Assembly (NCBI GenBank): GCA_951406725.2 | Contig: OX597836.1 | Span: 29,264,001 to 29,328,000, forward strand | From: Octopus vulgaris | Taxonomy: Eukaryota | Direction: 5' to 3' | DNA length: 64,000 nt | Shown here: piece by piece, positions 38,845 through 52,043 of the stretch | Layout: every line of letters begins with the position of its first letter | How positions within the stretch are numbered: position 1 is the stretch's first letter | The notes under the pieces: model-generated | What the model was told of the DNA's origin: nothing | The model's input: only the letters and a program-made list of their open reading frames with translations | Databases searched by the model: none | Program-made: the position numbers and the translations under genes

Positions 38845-39097
38845 TCCAGTATCCAATGTCCAGGGTTTTGTCACTCCTGAATGATGAACCCCTCCCTTGT
38901 CTCTTTCCAACACTGTCTGGCCAACACCCTAACCTTCTTTGGCCAGTCATGTCCATGTAGGCCACAGGTAGTGGTGAGATCATCTCACCATCTTGTCCTT
39001 GGTCAACCTCTTGATCTTGTACATTGTCTTGGTGTCCATTCTGTCACCCTGATTGTCCATCTATTGTCCGTCAGTCACTCCATGTGACCAGCCCATC
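38845..39097 (-). mobile_element. RTE-clade LINE 3' end
   Basis: WAGHME.LTDNRWTIRVTEWTPR..RSRG.PRTRW.DD. Confidence 0.8.
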
Positions 39098-39559
39098 TAT
39101 ATTACACCCACACATGCACACAGATATTGGCTTTGTTCAGACCCAGAGTAGAGCGAGCTTTGCCAGGTTTAGAATTCTCTGTGTTCTTTCATCAGAAGTT
39201 CTGAGCCCCAGAAAAAGAAAGGATCTTTAATGGTTAAAAAATTTTTTTTAATGTTTATGTATTTGTTTTGCAAGATTCTTGATGTGAATTAAAACAGGTA
39301 CTGTTATATTTCAGGGTGGACATATTTTTTTGCCAATTAACCATATTCGCTAAACATTTGGTCTTCACTTCACCTTTATTATTATTATTTCTGTTTCTTT
39401 GAGACAAAGAAACAAAAGTAATAATAACAAGAGCAGTCAGAGAATGCAATACTCTGCCAAGGCAACACTAGCGTCCTCTCAATGATTAGCCAGAGATGAT
39501 TTTTAAAATGAGAATATCTTAAATAAACTTGACTGCTCTCACAAATGAGAATACTAAAA

Positions 39560-39806
39560 ATGAACCCGACCATTCTCAAAAATTAAGTAAATAAAAAACA
39601 GGAAAAATAATCCAGAATCCTTGTCCAGTACCGAATCGATCCCAAAATCTAATCTGTTCGTGCCAGTCATGAGACCAAACATCCCTGATAGTTTCATCCG
39701 AATTCATCCAGTGGTTCTTGAGATATCTTGTCCATGGACAAACAAACAAACAAACGAACACAAATGAAAAACTATACCTCCACCTTTGCTAAGGCGGAGG
39801 TAATAA
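39560..39806. mobile_element. Helentron/DINE-1-like (HINE) non-autonomous element fragment
   Basis: Internal (CAAA)n microsatellite and terminal palindrome acctccacc-tttgcta-aggcggaggt followed by aataa. Confidence 0.5.
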
Positions 39807-39872
39807 AGCTGAAGTAAAGGGCAAATATATAGTATATGTGTTTAATTGGCAAAATATGGCCATACCCTAAGT

Positions 39873-40128
39873 CGACTGCGGGGTCACTCCGAAAAGCTCT
39901 ATCTGCGACGATTTCATCTCAATCGAAGGAGAGGGGCTTTCTCCGTCCAGGTTGCGGATCCATGGAATAAGCTGCCAGACGAGATAGTGAAGATGCTGAC
40001 GACCGCTCGGTTCAAAGTCTCTCTTGACCAGAAATGGCCTGAACTCTTTGCATGAACACCCTCCCTGTACATATCTACATGGCCTTGCTTTTTGCTTTTT
40101 GAGCCAAAAAATTAACTTAACTTAACTT
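39873..40128 (+). mobile_element. CR1-clade LINE 3' fragment, shorter copy of 47533-48062
   Basis: Near-identical to 47803-48062 (LRGHSEKLYLRRFHLNRRRGAFS...WPELFA*). Confidence 0.88.
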
Positions 40129-40237
40129 ATAACAATATAGAATTTTTTTTTTCTGTACTTTTATATGAAATCTGTTTTGTAGAATCTTTTCCTGATTATG
40201 ATTTGTTTTAAGCTAATCTCTTCCCTTTTCAATTCAG

Positions 40238-40336
40238 AATGGTTGGACTGCTTTACACTGGGCAACTGATCGAGACCAAAAGGAAGTTGTATATTTGTTG
40301 TTAGAAGCTGGATGTGATCCTACTGTTAAAGGAGAA
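40238..40336 (+). CDS. Ankyrin-repeat gene, coding exon 7 (NGWTALHWATDRDQKEVVYLLLEAGCDPTVKGE)
   Basis: cttcccttttcaattcag acceptor; 99 nt; GWTALHWA...LLEAG.DP motif; donor gtgagt. Confidence 0.95.
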
Positions 40337-43300
40337 GTGAGTAGAGGAAGATGCCAACAATCCTTATTTCTGATTCCATATTTATTTTACATCTTGTTTC
40401 TCTTTACTTTTCTTTGTGGCCGGATGTTACCACGGATCTTACCAGCCAGTCGTGTTCTTCATTGTGTCACCATATCTTGGAGTCATCACAGTGATGCTCT
40501 TCTTAAAACTCCTTTACTCTGTCATGTTATATCCCCACTATAGCAGGAATAGGTTAACCCTTTAGTGTTCGCATTATTCTGCCAAAATTAATCGTTTTTT
40601 ATCCACATTGTTTTGAACTAATCATGCATTATCTTGTAGCTATGAGATTTTAATGAGGTAGCTGTTAATTTTTAAAATGATATTGTGAGGTTGGTGTGAG
40701 AGACCAGATCTGGCCAGTTTGAACATAGAACAGGCAGAATACTTTTGGCCGGATATGGCCGGTTTAAATGCTAAAGGGTTAAACATCATATCTACCAGAT
40801 TCCCAGTAAAGCAGTAATAAACAACACACATAGCAAAAAAATATAATGCAGCCAGTTCTGTTCATTAGTTTGCCTGTAACCATTACTCTTGAGCTGTAAA
40901 TGCAACTATTTTTTGCTAAGCTCAGGAGCCCATGTGGAGGGTAAAGTTACACACAGGGGTCCAGCTCTGAGAGGGTTAATTTCTGTCTGATATAATAACC
41001 ATGGTGTGTGAAGGCACATGGCTCAGCGGTTAGAGCATATGGCTCACAATCATGAGGTAGTGAGTTCAATTCCCAGACCAAGCTGTGTGTTGTGTTTTTT
41101 GAGCAAGACGCTTTATTTTATGTTGCTCCAGTTCACTCAGCTGTAGAAACTAGTTGTGACATCACTGGTGCCAAGCTGCATCGGCCCCTTTGCCTTTCCC
41201 TTGGATAACACCAGTGGTGTGGAGAAGGGAGACTGGGATGCCTGGGCAATTGCTGATCTTCCATAAGAAACATTGCCCGGACTTGTGCCTTGGAGGAGAA
41301 CTTTCTAGGTGCAATCCCATGGTCATTCATGACCAAAGGGGGTCTTTACCCTTTAACCCTTTAGTGTTTAAACCGGCCCAATATATTCTATATGTTTTAT
41401 ATTCAAACTGGCGATATCTAGCCTCTCACTCCTAACCTACAATGCCATTCTGAAAATAAATAATCACATCATTGAAACCTCAAAGCTATAAGATAATGCA
41501 TGATTAATTCAAAACAATTTGAGTGAAAAAGTATTACATTTAACAGAGTATTCTGAACACTAAAGGGTTAAACTGGCCATATCCAGCCAAAATATTTTAC
41601 CTATTTTATGTTCAAACTAGTCAAATATGGTCATTCATAGCTACCTTATTGTGTCATTTTAAAAATAAACAATCACATCATTGAAATCTCAAAGCCATGA
41701 AATGATGCAAGATTAATTTTACATGGTGTGAATACATAAGCTTTACATTTGGCAGAACAATCTGAATGGTGAAGGGTTAATCATGGTGAAAAATTCTCAG
41801 GATTTTCCTCAAATACTTAATACTTTGATTCAACTGAAGCCATTGCCGACATTTTTCTTTAAAAAGTGTGATGATGATGATTCTCAAAATCATCAAGAAA
41901 ATAGACGTTCACCATAGCAACGAGACTCAATATTAATGCAAACTGGAACCAATCCAAAATATTGATTTAACAATCCAATTTGTTAGATTATCACTATACA
42001 GAAATAATTATAGTTGGACATGTCTCTAGTTACTATGCTGTTTGTCATGCGACTTCCATTGTGACATGTCTGTGTTATGAAGCTTTCATCAGGGTTTCAT
42101 TACGTTTTACTATTGTTATAATTCATCATCCTCAACCTCATTGTTTAACGTCCACTTTCCATGCTGGCATGGGTTAGACAATTCTGTTGTCTTATCTTTA
42201 GAGCAGCAGTCCCCTACCCTTTCCAGTTTCGTGCAGGACAATTTTTCCAGACCTGGGCATCACACACATAACAAATCACAATAAAGTGCATAATATATGA
42301 TTTAATTATTGCATATATGTTTCTTTACTACCCACAAGGGGCTAAACATAGAGGGAACAAACAAGGACAGACAAACGAATTAAGTCGATTACTTTGACCC
42401 CAGTGCGTAACTGGTACTTAATTTATCGACCTCAAAAGGATGAAAGGCAAAGTTGACCTTGGCGGAATTTGAACCCAGAATGTAACGGCAGACGAAATAC
42501 GGCTACGGATTTCGTCCGGTGTGCTAACGTTTCTGCCAACTCGCAGCCTTCTTTTCTGCGTGGAGCTTAGGTGTTTTCACTCATAAACACACACATCGCC
42601 CAGTCTGAGATTCGAACCCACGATCCCTTGACCACGAGTCCGCTGCTCTAACCACTAGGCCATGTGCCTCCACATTATTATTGCATATATAATACATGAA
42701 GGTGCATGGCTTAGTGGTTAGAGTATTCAGCTCATGGTCGTAAGGTCATGAGTTCGATTCCTGGCAGCGCATTGTGTCCTTCAGCAAGACACTTTATTTC
42801 CTATCGCTCCAGTCCCCTCAGCTGGCAAAAATTAGTTGTACCTGTAATTCGAAGGGCCATCCTTGTCACATTCTGTGTCATGCTGAATTTCCCTCAACAT
42901 TATGTTAAGGATACACATGTCTGTGGAGTGCTCAGCCGTTTGTGTCTTAATTGCACAAGCTAGCTGTTCTGTTGATTGATTCAGTTTGAACCCTTGTCAT
43001 CATAACTGACGAAGTGCCATTACTTAATTATATAATACATATATATATATATATATATTATATAATACATGTATATAATGTAAAGACACCCTACAGACTG
43101 TGAGAGCTAATAAAATAGAAATCAAATTTTTTAATTCATTCTTTCTGTGTGGCCTACTACCAAACGATCCATGGTGTGGTCAATTGCTTGACCTTAACCA
43201 GTTGAGCATGTCTTTTAGTGGCTGACAATATGTGCATCTCTGATCACGAGCAGAAGTAGTGGGGGAACATCATAGCTATGTATTGAAATATAACAAAAAC

Positions 43301-43775
43301 AAAATTTGAAGAAAATATTAGCCATTTTTCATACTTTCTAGGGGAGAGCAAATAAGAAATAACAGTTGCTATCAAAACAGAAAAAATCATGTTAAACTGT
43401 GTAATAGCTGCCTATTTTATTGCTGAGTATATTATTTATGCAACGTGTGTTTGTTTTTGTTTTTTTTTATGAGGAGACTTTTAGATTTTTAAACTTCGTA
43501 TACTGGTAGAATGTGTTTATAAAACATCTTTTTCTCTTGGCTTTATTGAGAAAATTCTATAGTTTGTAAGATATTTGTTGTTTTTTCATCAATTTCTGCA
43601 ATTTCAACCAATCGGTGACGTCTAGTAAGTTAAAAACCATTTTGTGCCGTATGAATATGTCCCTCGTTTAAGAAACAGTGACACCGCTAGAAAAAACTGC
43701 CGTTCAAACCGAAAAGATCCGACTTTTAGATATAAATATATAGTTAAACCTGCTGTATCTTTGCTTGTATTACAG

Positions 43776-44219
43776 AGAGGAGAGCTGGCTAGTGAACGTA
43801 CTAAAGACAAAGAACTGAAAAGTGCTCTTCGGAATGCAGAAAAAATGTTTAAAGAACTGAGTATTTTAGATGAAGCTGATAAAGCATTGAAAAAAAGCCA
43901 AAATGCTAACGGATCTGCTGCAGTTCCGATTGGAAACTCTCACCAAACAGGTGCAATGATCTCACCTACTGAATCTGATAAAGTTTTACTCTCTGTTAGT
44001 TCCGTTAGCTCCAGATCTGCTCCGTTGGTCGAGGAAGAACCGACTGGAGTAAGTGATAATGAAGACGACGACTACATAAACTGTTCAAAAAAAGAAGAAA
44101 TTTTCAACAACTGTCAAATTAACGACATCAGTCATGGTGATTATGAAAAAAACAGTGAAAGCAATGCAACCGACTTAACGAGCGACAAACTGTCCTTGAA
44201 TGAAGGTGAAATAAGATAA
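43776..44219 (+). CDS. Ankyrin-repeat gene, terminal coding exon (RGELASERTKDKELKSALRNAEK...LSLNEGEIR*, 147 aa; capping helix plus acidic Ser/Asn/Glu-rich tail)
   Basis: ttgtattacag acceptor in phase 0, in frame with supplied ORF 43644..44219; followed by several AATAAA (44221, 44244, 44499). Confidence 0.88.
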   Translation, partial: RGELASERTKDKELKSALRNAEKMFKELSILDEADKALKKSQNANGSAAVPIGNSHQTGAMISPTESDKVLLSVSSVSSRSAPLVEEEPTGVSDNEDDDYINCSKKEEIFNNCQINDISHGDYEKNSESNATDLTSDKLSLNEGEIR

Positions 44220-47200
44220 AAATAAAAAATACAAATGACAAAAAATAAAATTATTTAAAAAAAAATAAAGCTGTGCAATGGAACCTTCTCACAACACTAA
44301 GTTATAATATACACAACAAAAGTGTGTATATAGATATAAATTTGCCACTTTCTTAACAATAGTGAGTGGTAATGTTTTTAAATTCAAACATTTTATCTTT
44401 TGAAGCATGGCATGGCTTTCTGAGCTGTTAACCACAGAATTTCTTTTTTTTTTGTAACACATGATGTTGACAGTTTGAAAATTCATTCCATCAGTGTTAA
44501 TAAAATGATTAATCATCTAACATTAATTTAAGGCATATGTCAGTTATTTTCTCTTTGGAAAGGTAAGAAGAAATAGGGCTTATTCACAACTGTTTGTTTT
44601 AGAGTTTATGAAGGCGTCTTCAACGAACTTCAACAATGTTTTTGTTTTTTTTTTATTGCTTTTTTTCCCCCCTTAAATTTCGAATTAAAGTCAATATGTA
44701 TATAAAAAAAGAAATTTTCTACAGGTTTATTTATAATTAATTTATAATTAAAAAAAATTTTTTTTATTTGTTTCAGTCATTTGACTGTGGCCATGCTGGA
44801 GCACCGCCTTTAGTCAAAACAAATCGACCCCGGGACTTATTCTTTTTAAGTCTAATACTTATTCTATCGGTCTCTTTTGCCGAACCGCTAAGTTACGGAG
44901 ACGTAAACAAACACAGACATACAAACACATATATATATATATATACATATATACAACGGACTTCTTTCAGTTTCCGTCTACCAAATCCACTCACAAGGCT
45001 TTGGTCGGCCCGAGGTGCCACACAGTGGGACTGAACCCATAACCATGTGGTTCATAAGCAAGCTACTTACCACACAGCCACTCCTGCGCCTGAAAGTGAA
45101 ACACTGCAATCATCATTGTAATCGTCATTTAACATCCTCTTTTCCATGCTTGCATGGGTCAGACAGAGGTCATCATCATCATTCTTTAATGTCTGTTTTC
45201 CTTGCTGGCATTGATTAGACAGTGTTCACTCACAGCAAGTTTTTTCATGCCTGGATGCCCCTCCTATTATCAACCCCCACCTGTTTCTAAGCAAGGTCAG
45301 ACATGTGTTTTTTGCAATAGACTGGAAATGAATGACACTGCTTGTATGACAGTGACAATCATTTACAACACTTTCATGCAATGTCAAGGCAAGGAAACGC
45401 AAGAGCACAGACACTCACACATATATGATAAATCAAGGGGTTTACAGTCAAGAGAGTTAGATGGCCACATGTTAGAGGTGATGTGGTAACCGCTAAGTTA
45501 CGGGGACTTAAACACACCAGCATTGGTTGTCAAACCATGTTGGGGGGACAAACACAGACACACAAACATACACACACACACATATATATACGCATATATA
45601 CGATGGGCTTCTTTCAGTTTCTATCTACCAAATCCACTCACAAGGCTTTGGTCGGCCCAAGGCTATAGTAGAAGACACTTGCCCAAGGTGCCACGCACAT
45701 CTCTTGGGTATGTTACCATAAGGATATGTTCTGGCACCTCATCATTACTGATTTAACCTGTTTGAGCCCCTGCTCCCAGCATCTTATGTCCACCCATATA
45801 AAATATGAAGTAGCCATGAATCTCCTCCTCAATACATATATTTGGCCATTGTCTCTCTATAACTTCTGCCTATATATATATGTATGTACGTATGCATATA
45901 TATATGTATGTGTATGTGTTTGTACCCCTAGCATTGCTTGACAACCGATGCTGGTGTGTTTACGTCCCTGTCACTTAGCGGTTCGGCCAAAGAGACCGAT
46001 AGAATAAGTACTGGGCTTACAAAGAATAAGTCCCGGGGTCGATTTTCTCGACTAAAGGCGGTGCTCCAGCATGGCCGCAATCAAATGACTGAAACATGTA
46101 AAAGAGTATATATATATATATATATATATATAATGAACCCGGAAGTTGTTTGCAAACATCAGCAGTAATTTTCTTCAGCTGAATACATGTCATTGATTGG
46201 TTAAAATTACCCAAATACGACAACTTTAAAGCAAAATAATTTCTAAAACACGAAATTTTGTCAAAAAAGTTAAGAGTAAACCCTGCTCTATGTGACACAT
46301 TCTACCAGCGTCCGAAATTTCAAAGTGTTTAATTAAAAAAAAAGTTAATTAAAACGTCTGGCCGTCAAATTGAATAGATCCAAACCCTTTTGGTTAGAAT
46401 AAAATCAAAGGCTGCCATTGAGATTCGAACCCACATAATTCTATTTATAGATTTGTGTGTGTGCCACGAAATATACTATTCCAGAAAAGAATATCTTTAC
46501 AAACATACAGTTGTAACGAACAGTAAGAACGTGCACTCGACACCGCATTGGTGGATAAATATATCTTCATTTGTGGATTTCCTTCATTAGTTCAGGCTTC
46601 ATCCTTTCCAATTGAAATTTTTCAAATGTCCCATTTGTAAAATGGTCGTAACATCTCTGTTTTGGATTTGGTTGCACGAGATATCACGAAACTTTAAACT
46701 AAATTTGGTGGCGCAAAATACAAAATAAAATAGGTAAAGGGAGGTAATTATCCGGAGATGATTGGCAGTTGTTGCTTCCCTTGCGTTACTATTAATCTTG
46801 AAAACGCTGAAATATCAGTGCGTTCTTACACCTGCTGCCCACTGTTTGAGGGACGCGTAATTGTATAGAAAATGTGTACGCATGCTCTGCGCAAATTGAA
46901 GTATTTTTAATAGGAACATAATAGAAGATAATTATAGTTGGTTCCCGAATAGAGGCTCTAGGATTTTCAACCATACGAATAACAACGTTAAGAGCACTCC
47001 ACAAATATATCATCATCGTCGTCGCTATCATTTAACATCTGCTTTCCATGATGGCATGGGTTGAAAAGTCCGACAGGAACTGACAAGTCAGATGGCGCGA
47101 AGCCCTGCTGTCTGCTTTGGCATGGTTTCTACAGCTGGACGTTCTTTGTAATGCCAACTAAATTACATAGTGTACTGGGTGGTTTTTATATGACACTAGC

Positions 47201-47532
47201 ACTGGTTGAGGTCAGTAAGTAACTTGCAAGACAAGACCCCCCCTCAAGTGAGAGGGGGGGGAGTTGTATTGAGGGACAAAAAAAGGAGTCAAGCTGTGAT
47301 CAACTTGGAGCTATAACTGAAGACCCAACAATGGAAATGAGTCTGAAATCATGTGGTTGGGAAGCTGTGCCTTCATATATCTATCATATAAAATCCGTTC
47401 TTTGTGTGTGTCTGTGTAGGTGTGTGTGTGTGTGTACCTATTTGTTGTTTATACACCTGTCTTCGTCTTCTGTTTTTCTGTAAATAAATAAATAAGTTAA
47501 CATAATATAATGTCTAAAAGTTGATGAACCAC

Positions 47533-48062
47533 CATGCTGGTGAGACCCATATTGGAGTACGGGATTCAAGCCTCTTCTTATCTCCTCAAAGACATACATC
47601 ATCTCGAAAGAGTCCAGAAGCTGGCTACCCGCATGGTTCTTGGTCTCAAGCATTTTTCTTATGAAGAAAGGCTGAAGACGCTCGACCTTTATTCTCTAGA
47701 AAAACGACGTCGCCGTGGTGATCTCATTCTTGCTCACAATATCATAAGCAGAAAGTGTAACCTCTCGAAAGAGCAGTTCTTCACTCCTGCTCCAGAGCGT
47801 CAGCTGCGGGGTCACTCCGAAAAGCTCTATCTGTGACGATTTCATCTCAATCGAAGGAGAGGGGCTTTCTCCGTCCGGGTTGCAGATCCGTGGAATAAGC
47901 TGCCGGATGAGATAGTGAAGATGCTGACGACCGCTCGGTTCAGAGTCTCTCTTGACCAGAAATGGCCTGAACTCTTTGCATGAACACCCTCCCTGTACAT
48001 AGCTCCATGTCCCCCTACATGGCCTTCCTTTTTGCTTTTTGAGCCAAAAAATTAACTTAACT
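47533..48062 (+). mobile_element. CR1-clade LINE 3' fragment (second family, (AACTT)n tail)
   Basis: LVRPILEYG, LERVQKLATRMV, YEERLKTLDLYSLEKRRRRGDLI, LRGHSEKL and WNKLP motifs. Confidence 0.9.
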
Positions 48063-50114
48063 AAATTAATGGTAAAATATCTTTTTACCTTCACCCATTT
48101 AGTACACTAGGTAATGTAATTGCAATGCAATAAAAAACACTTGTGTATTAATAATTGGGTATTCTACCAGCAGTATATTGGATAGATGTTCATAATGATG
48201 CATGTAATGGTTGGTTGTATGCTTTGATGTTGCTGGTAAAAATGGGAAATGATGGATTGGATAAGTGCAACTTTTAAGTCTATTTTCTGGAGATGAGTTT
48301 CAAGTTGGTTTATGTAGGTTTGAAGTTTTTATTCAACTACATCTTAGCTCATGCTTAGAGGATGATAACAGATAGTAAATAAAGCACTTATACGCACAAA
48401 GACAGACAAATGAACAAGAAAGCAAATACTGTAATTTTTTACCTGAAGATATAGAAGCAGAAATGAAGGAACAAAATCTCTTAACCAGAAGGCAATCAGG
48501 TTCCTTTTCCATTAAATTTCTTTGAAATTTCTCTGCTAATTTGGTAGTTTTGTTAAGGTGGTGAGCTGGAAGAATTGTTAGCAGAATTAAACAAAATGCT
48601 TGGTGGCATTTTGACTGTCTTTGCATTCTGAGTTTAAATTCCACTGAGGTCAACTTTGCTTTTCTTCTTTTTGGGGGTTTGATAAAATAAGTACCAGTTG
48701 AGTACTGGGGGGTCGATGTAATCAACTTACTCCCTTCCCTGAAATTACTGGCTTTGTGTCAAAATTTCTTACCAATATGTACCTAAAGCCATGCAAACAG
48801 GAAACCTTCTACTCATGTTACTGACATGTCCAAAGGTGGCGAGCTGGCAGAACCATTAGCATGCCAGGCAAAATGCTTAGTGGTATTTCGTCTGCCGCTA
48901 TGTTCTGAGTTCAAATTCTGCCGAGGTCGACTTTGCCTTTCATCCTTTCGGGGTCAATTAAATAAGTACCAGTTACGCACTGGGGTCGATATAATCGACT
49001 TAATCCGTTTGTCTGTCCTTGTTTGTCCTCTCTGTGTTTAGTCCCTTGTGGGTAGTAAAGAAATAGAAATAGGTATTTCGTCTGCCACTATGTTCTGAGT
49101 TCAAATTTCGCTGAGGTCGACTTTGCCTTTCATCCTTTCCATGTTAATAAATTAAGTACCAGTGAAACACTGGGGTTGATGTAATTGACTTACCCCTCCC
49201 CCAAAATTTCAGGCCTTGTTCCTAAAGTAGAAAGGATTATTATTATTATTATTATTATTACCATCATCATAATCATTGTAAGGCAGCAAGCTGGCAGAAT
49301 TGCTAGCACACTGGGCAAAATGCTTAGTGGCATTTCATCCATCTTTACATTCTGGGTTCAAATTCTGCTTCATCCTTTTTTGGGGTCAATAAAATAAGCA
49401 CCAGTTGAGTACTGGGATCAATGTAATTGACTGACACTCTCCCCTGAAATTGCTGGCCTTGTGCCATAATTTGAAACCAGTTCATTAGCTTTAATCATTG
49501 GTTGCTTATCTACATTGTTTTCTAATTTCATGTTGAAATCTTAGTAATTAAGATGCTCTAAGTCTATTTCTGTGTAAGGTTCTTGTCCTTTATTACAAGG
49601 GCTCCACCTTTGTTAGCTTCTTTGACCCTTTAGCATTTAAGCTGGCCATATCTAGCCTAAACATTCTACCTGTTTAATGTTCAAACTGGCCAGATCCAGC
49701 CTCTTGTACTTATCCTACAATGTCATTCTTATAATAAACAATCACATCGTTGAAATCTCAAAGCCATGAGGTAATGCATGATTAATTAAAAACAATGTGA
49801 ATTAATAAGCGTGACATTTGACAGAGCAATCTAAATGCCAAAGGGTTAAGGATTATTTCTGTAGACATTCTGATATATTTTGCTCTGGATTTTTAATGAT
49901 GGATTTCACATTATTTGCTGGAATGTTTGAGTTTGCTGAGCTTTTCGAGCACGTTCTTTGTTTTTGTTTGTTTTTGGTTTCTTTTACAAGTGATGGATCT
50001 TCATAATCCTTTTGTTAGAAGAATTCCCACAGATGACGTTTACAACAAAATCATCATCACTACCACTGCCGCCACCGCCGGCAGTTTGCACACATGCGTC
50101 GTACAATCTACCTT

Positions 50115-50490
50115 TCACTCTGAGTGAGACACCTTTGTCACCAGTAGGGGTAGAAGCTTTCTAAACTTTGCCCAGGCTATTCGTATTCTAGCGGTGACAC
50201 TCTCTGAGCATCGACCTCCACTACTAATTTGGTCACCTAGGTAGTGGAAATTATCAACTACTTCTAGTTTCTTCCCCTGGAGTGTGATGGAATCTGTTTT
50301 CTGAGTATCTGTGGTGTCTATTGCCCCTGTCCATCTGCCACACACGAAAGCTATCTTCTCAGTTAATTTTCTTCAGATGTTGCTGCACCTCTTATGCATC
50401 CATAGCTTACACTGGGTACATCTTATGAGTTTCTACCTACACCTTTTCTACAGATCGAGCAGGGCCACCTACCTGATGGAGTGTATGATG
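50115..50490 (-). mobile_element. RTE-clade LINE RT fragment
   Basis: LEVVDNFHYLGDQISSGGRCSESVTARIRIAWAKFRKLLPLL. Confidence 0.85.
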
Positions 50491-51149
50491 AGTTTGCCTT
50501 GAGCAGGGCCACCTTGAGGGAGAATTGGTTGTTATTTCTAGCAGGCTGAACGATCATGTAGTAACACTCTTTTTGGCTTCACATCAAAACAACTATGTTA
50601 AACACACATAAATACAAACGTACATATATACATACATAACATACATGGGTGCATGCATGCAAGCATACATACTTATTTATATATACATACATACATACAT
50701 ACATATATATATGAGTAGCACTGGCATAGAGGATCCCTAAGTGAAACACATGGACATCAGCAGGAGCTTCTTGCCTAATCAGGAACATCATGCTCTCCTG
50801 ACTTACTCCAGGCCATAAATTTAATTTCTTGAGATAACTAATCATTTAAATTTGTTATCGTTGTAAGGCATAGACATAACTGTGTAGTTAAGAAGATTAC
50901 TCCGTGGCAACATGTGACATCTGAGGCCAGTGTCTTTTATCATAGCACTGAGTTAATCAATAACCAATATCTTGTGGGTGCAAACGTGCAGAAGCCTATC
51001 ATGTATATCTTTTATCTTTTACTTATTAGACTGAGGTCATGCTGGAGCACTGCTTTGAAGAATTTTTTTTGTCAAATGAATCGATCCCAGTACTTGGTTT
51101 GTTTGTTAAGCCTGGTTTTTATTCTATTGATCACTTTTTGCCACCACCA

Positions 51150-52043
51150 CTTGACAGCCTTTGAGAAAGAGGGAAAAACCGCCTCGTCAAAACAAAACTC
51201 TGGAAGAAAACCAAAACATTCTGACAGGGACCATTGGATTCTTACGCAAATCATTAGAAAGGATCACAAAAGTACAGTTACCAAAATTACTGCAGAGCTT
51301 ACTGACCACCTCGAGAACACAGTTTCCACAAAAATTGTTCACCGGGAGCTGCACAAAGTAGGATTTCATGGGAGGGCTGCAATCAGAAAACCACTACTTT
51401 TAAAAACAAACATTGCAAAGCTCTTAGAGTGGAGTAAAAACCTACAGAATTAGTCCCTAGAGCTGTGGAAGAATGTTATTTTCTCAGACGAGTCATCCTT
51501 TACCTTATTTCTGACCACCAGCTGAGTATACGTGTAGAGGCAGCCAAAAGAAGCATTTGACCCAGAATACCTTCTTCCAACTGTTAAACATGGAGGAGGA
51601 TCAGTGATGATGTGGAGGGGGGGGCAGAATTAATAGTCAAAACTATTTAAGCATTTTATCTGATCGAATTCATCCTATCGTTGCAGAACTGTTTCCAGAG
51701 GGAAATGCAATCTTTCAGGATGATAATGTACCAATTCATACAGCTAAAGTTGTTACTGAATGGTACGAAGAACATTCTAGTGAAGTTGAACATCTTATCT
51801 GGCCACCACAGTTCCCAGATCTCAATATTACTGAACATTTATGGTGTATTTTAGAAACACAAATAAGGAGTCGATATCCTCCACCATCATCACTACTAGA
51901 ACTGGAGACTGTTTTAGTTGAAGAATGGACAAAAATTCCTCATAGAATTCAAGCTGTAATTACTGCCAAAAGCAGTCTTACCCCATATTAAAATAAATTT
52001 GTTTGAAATTTTAAGGTGTTTCCATTATTTTGTCCAACCCTTG
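51150..52043 (+). mobile_element. Degraded, 5'-truncated Tc1 (DD34E) transposase element
   Basis: GRKPK, WKNVIFSDES, PTVKHGGGSVMMW, IFQDDNVPIH and WPPQFPDLNITEHLW motifs with stops and frameshifts; right TIR ...ttttgtccaacccttg/TA. Confidence 0.9.

Noticed and set aside
43644-43775. N-terminal part of the supplied 191-aa ORF
   Set aside because: Upstream of the splice acceptor and within a repeat; intronic read-through.
46405-46440. tRNA-like T-arm (reverse of gagattcgaacccac); likewise all SINE heads
   Set aside because: No complete cloverleaf; tRNA-derived SINE heads are not tRNA genes.
49853-50008. Minus-strand 52-codon open stretch (DYEDPSLVKETKNKQK...CLQK*) as a terminal exon
   Set aside because: Weak AAG acceptor, no recognisable homology and no partner exons found.
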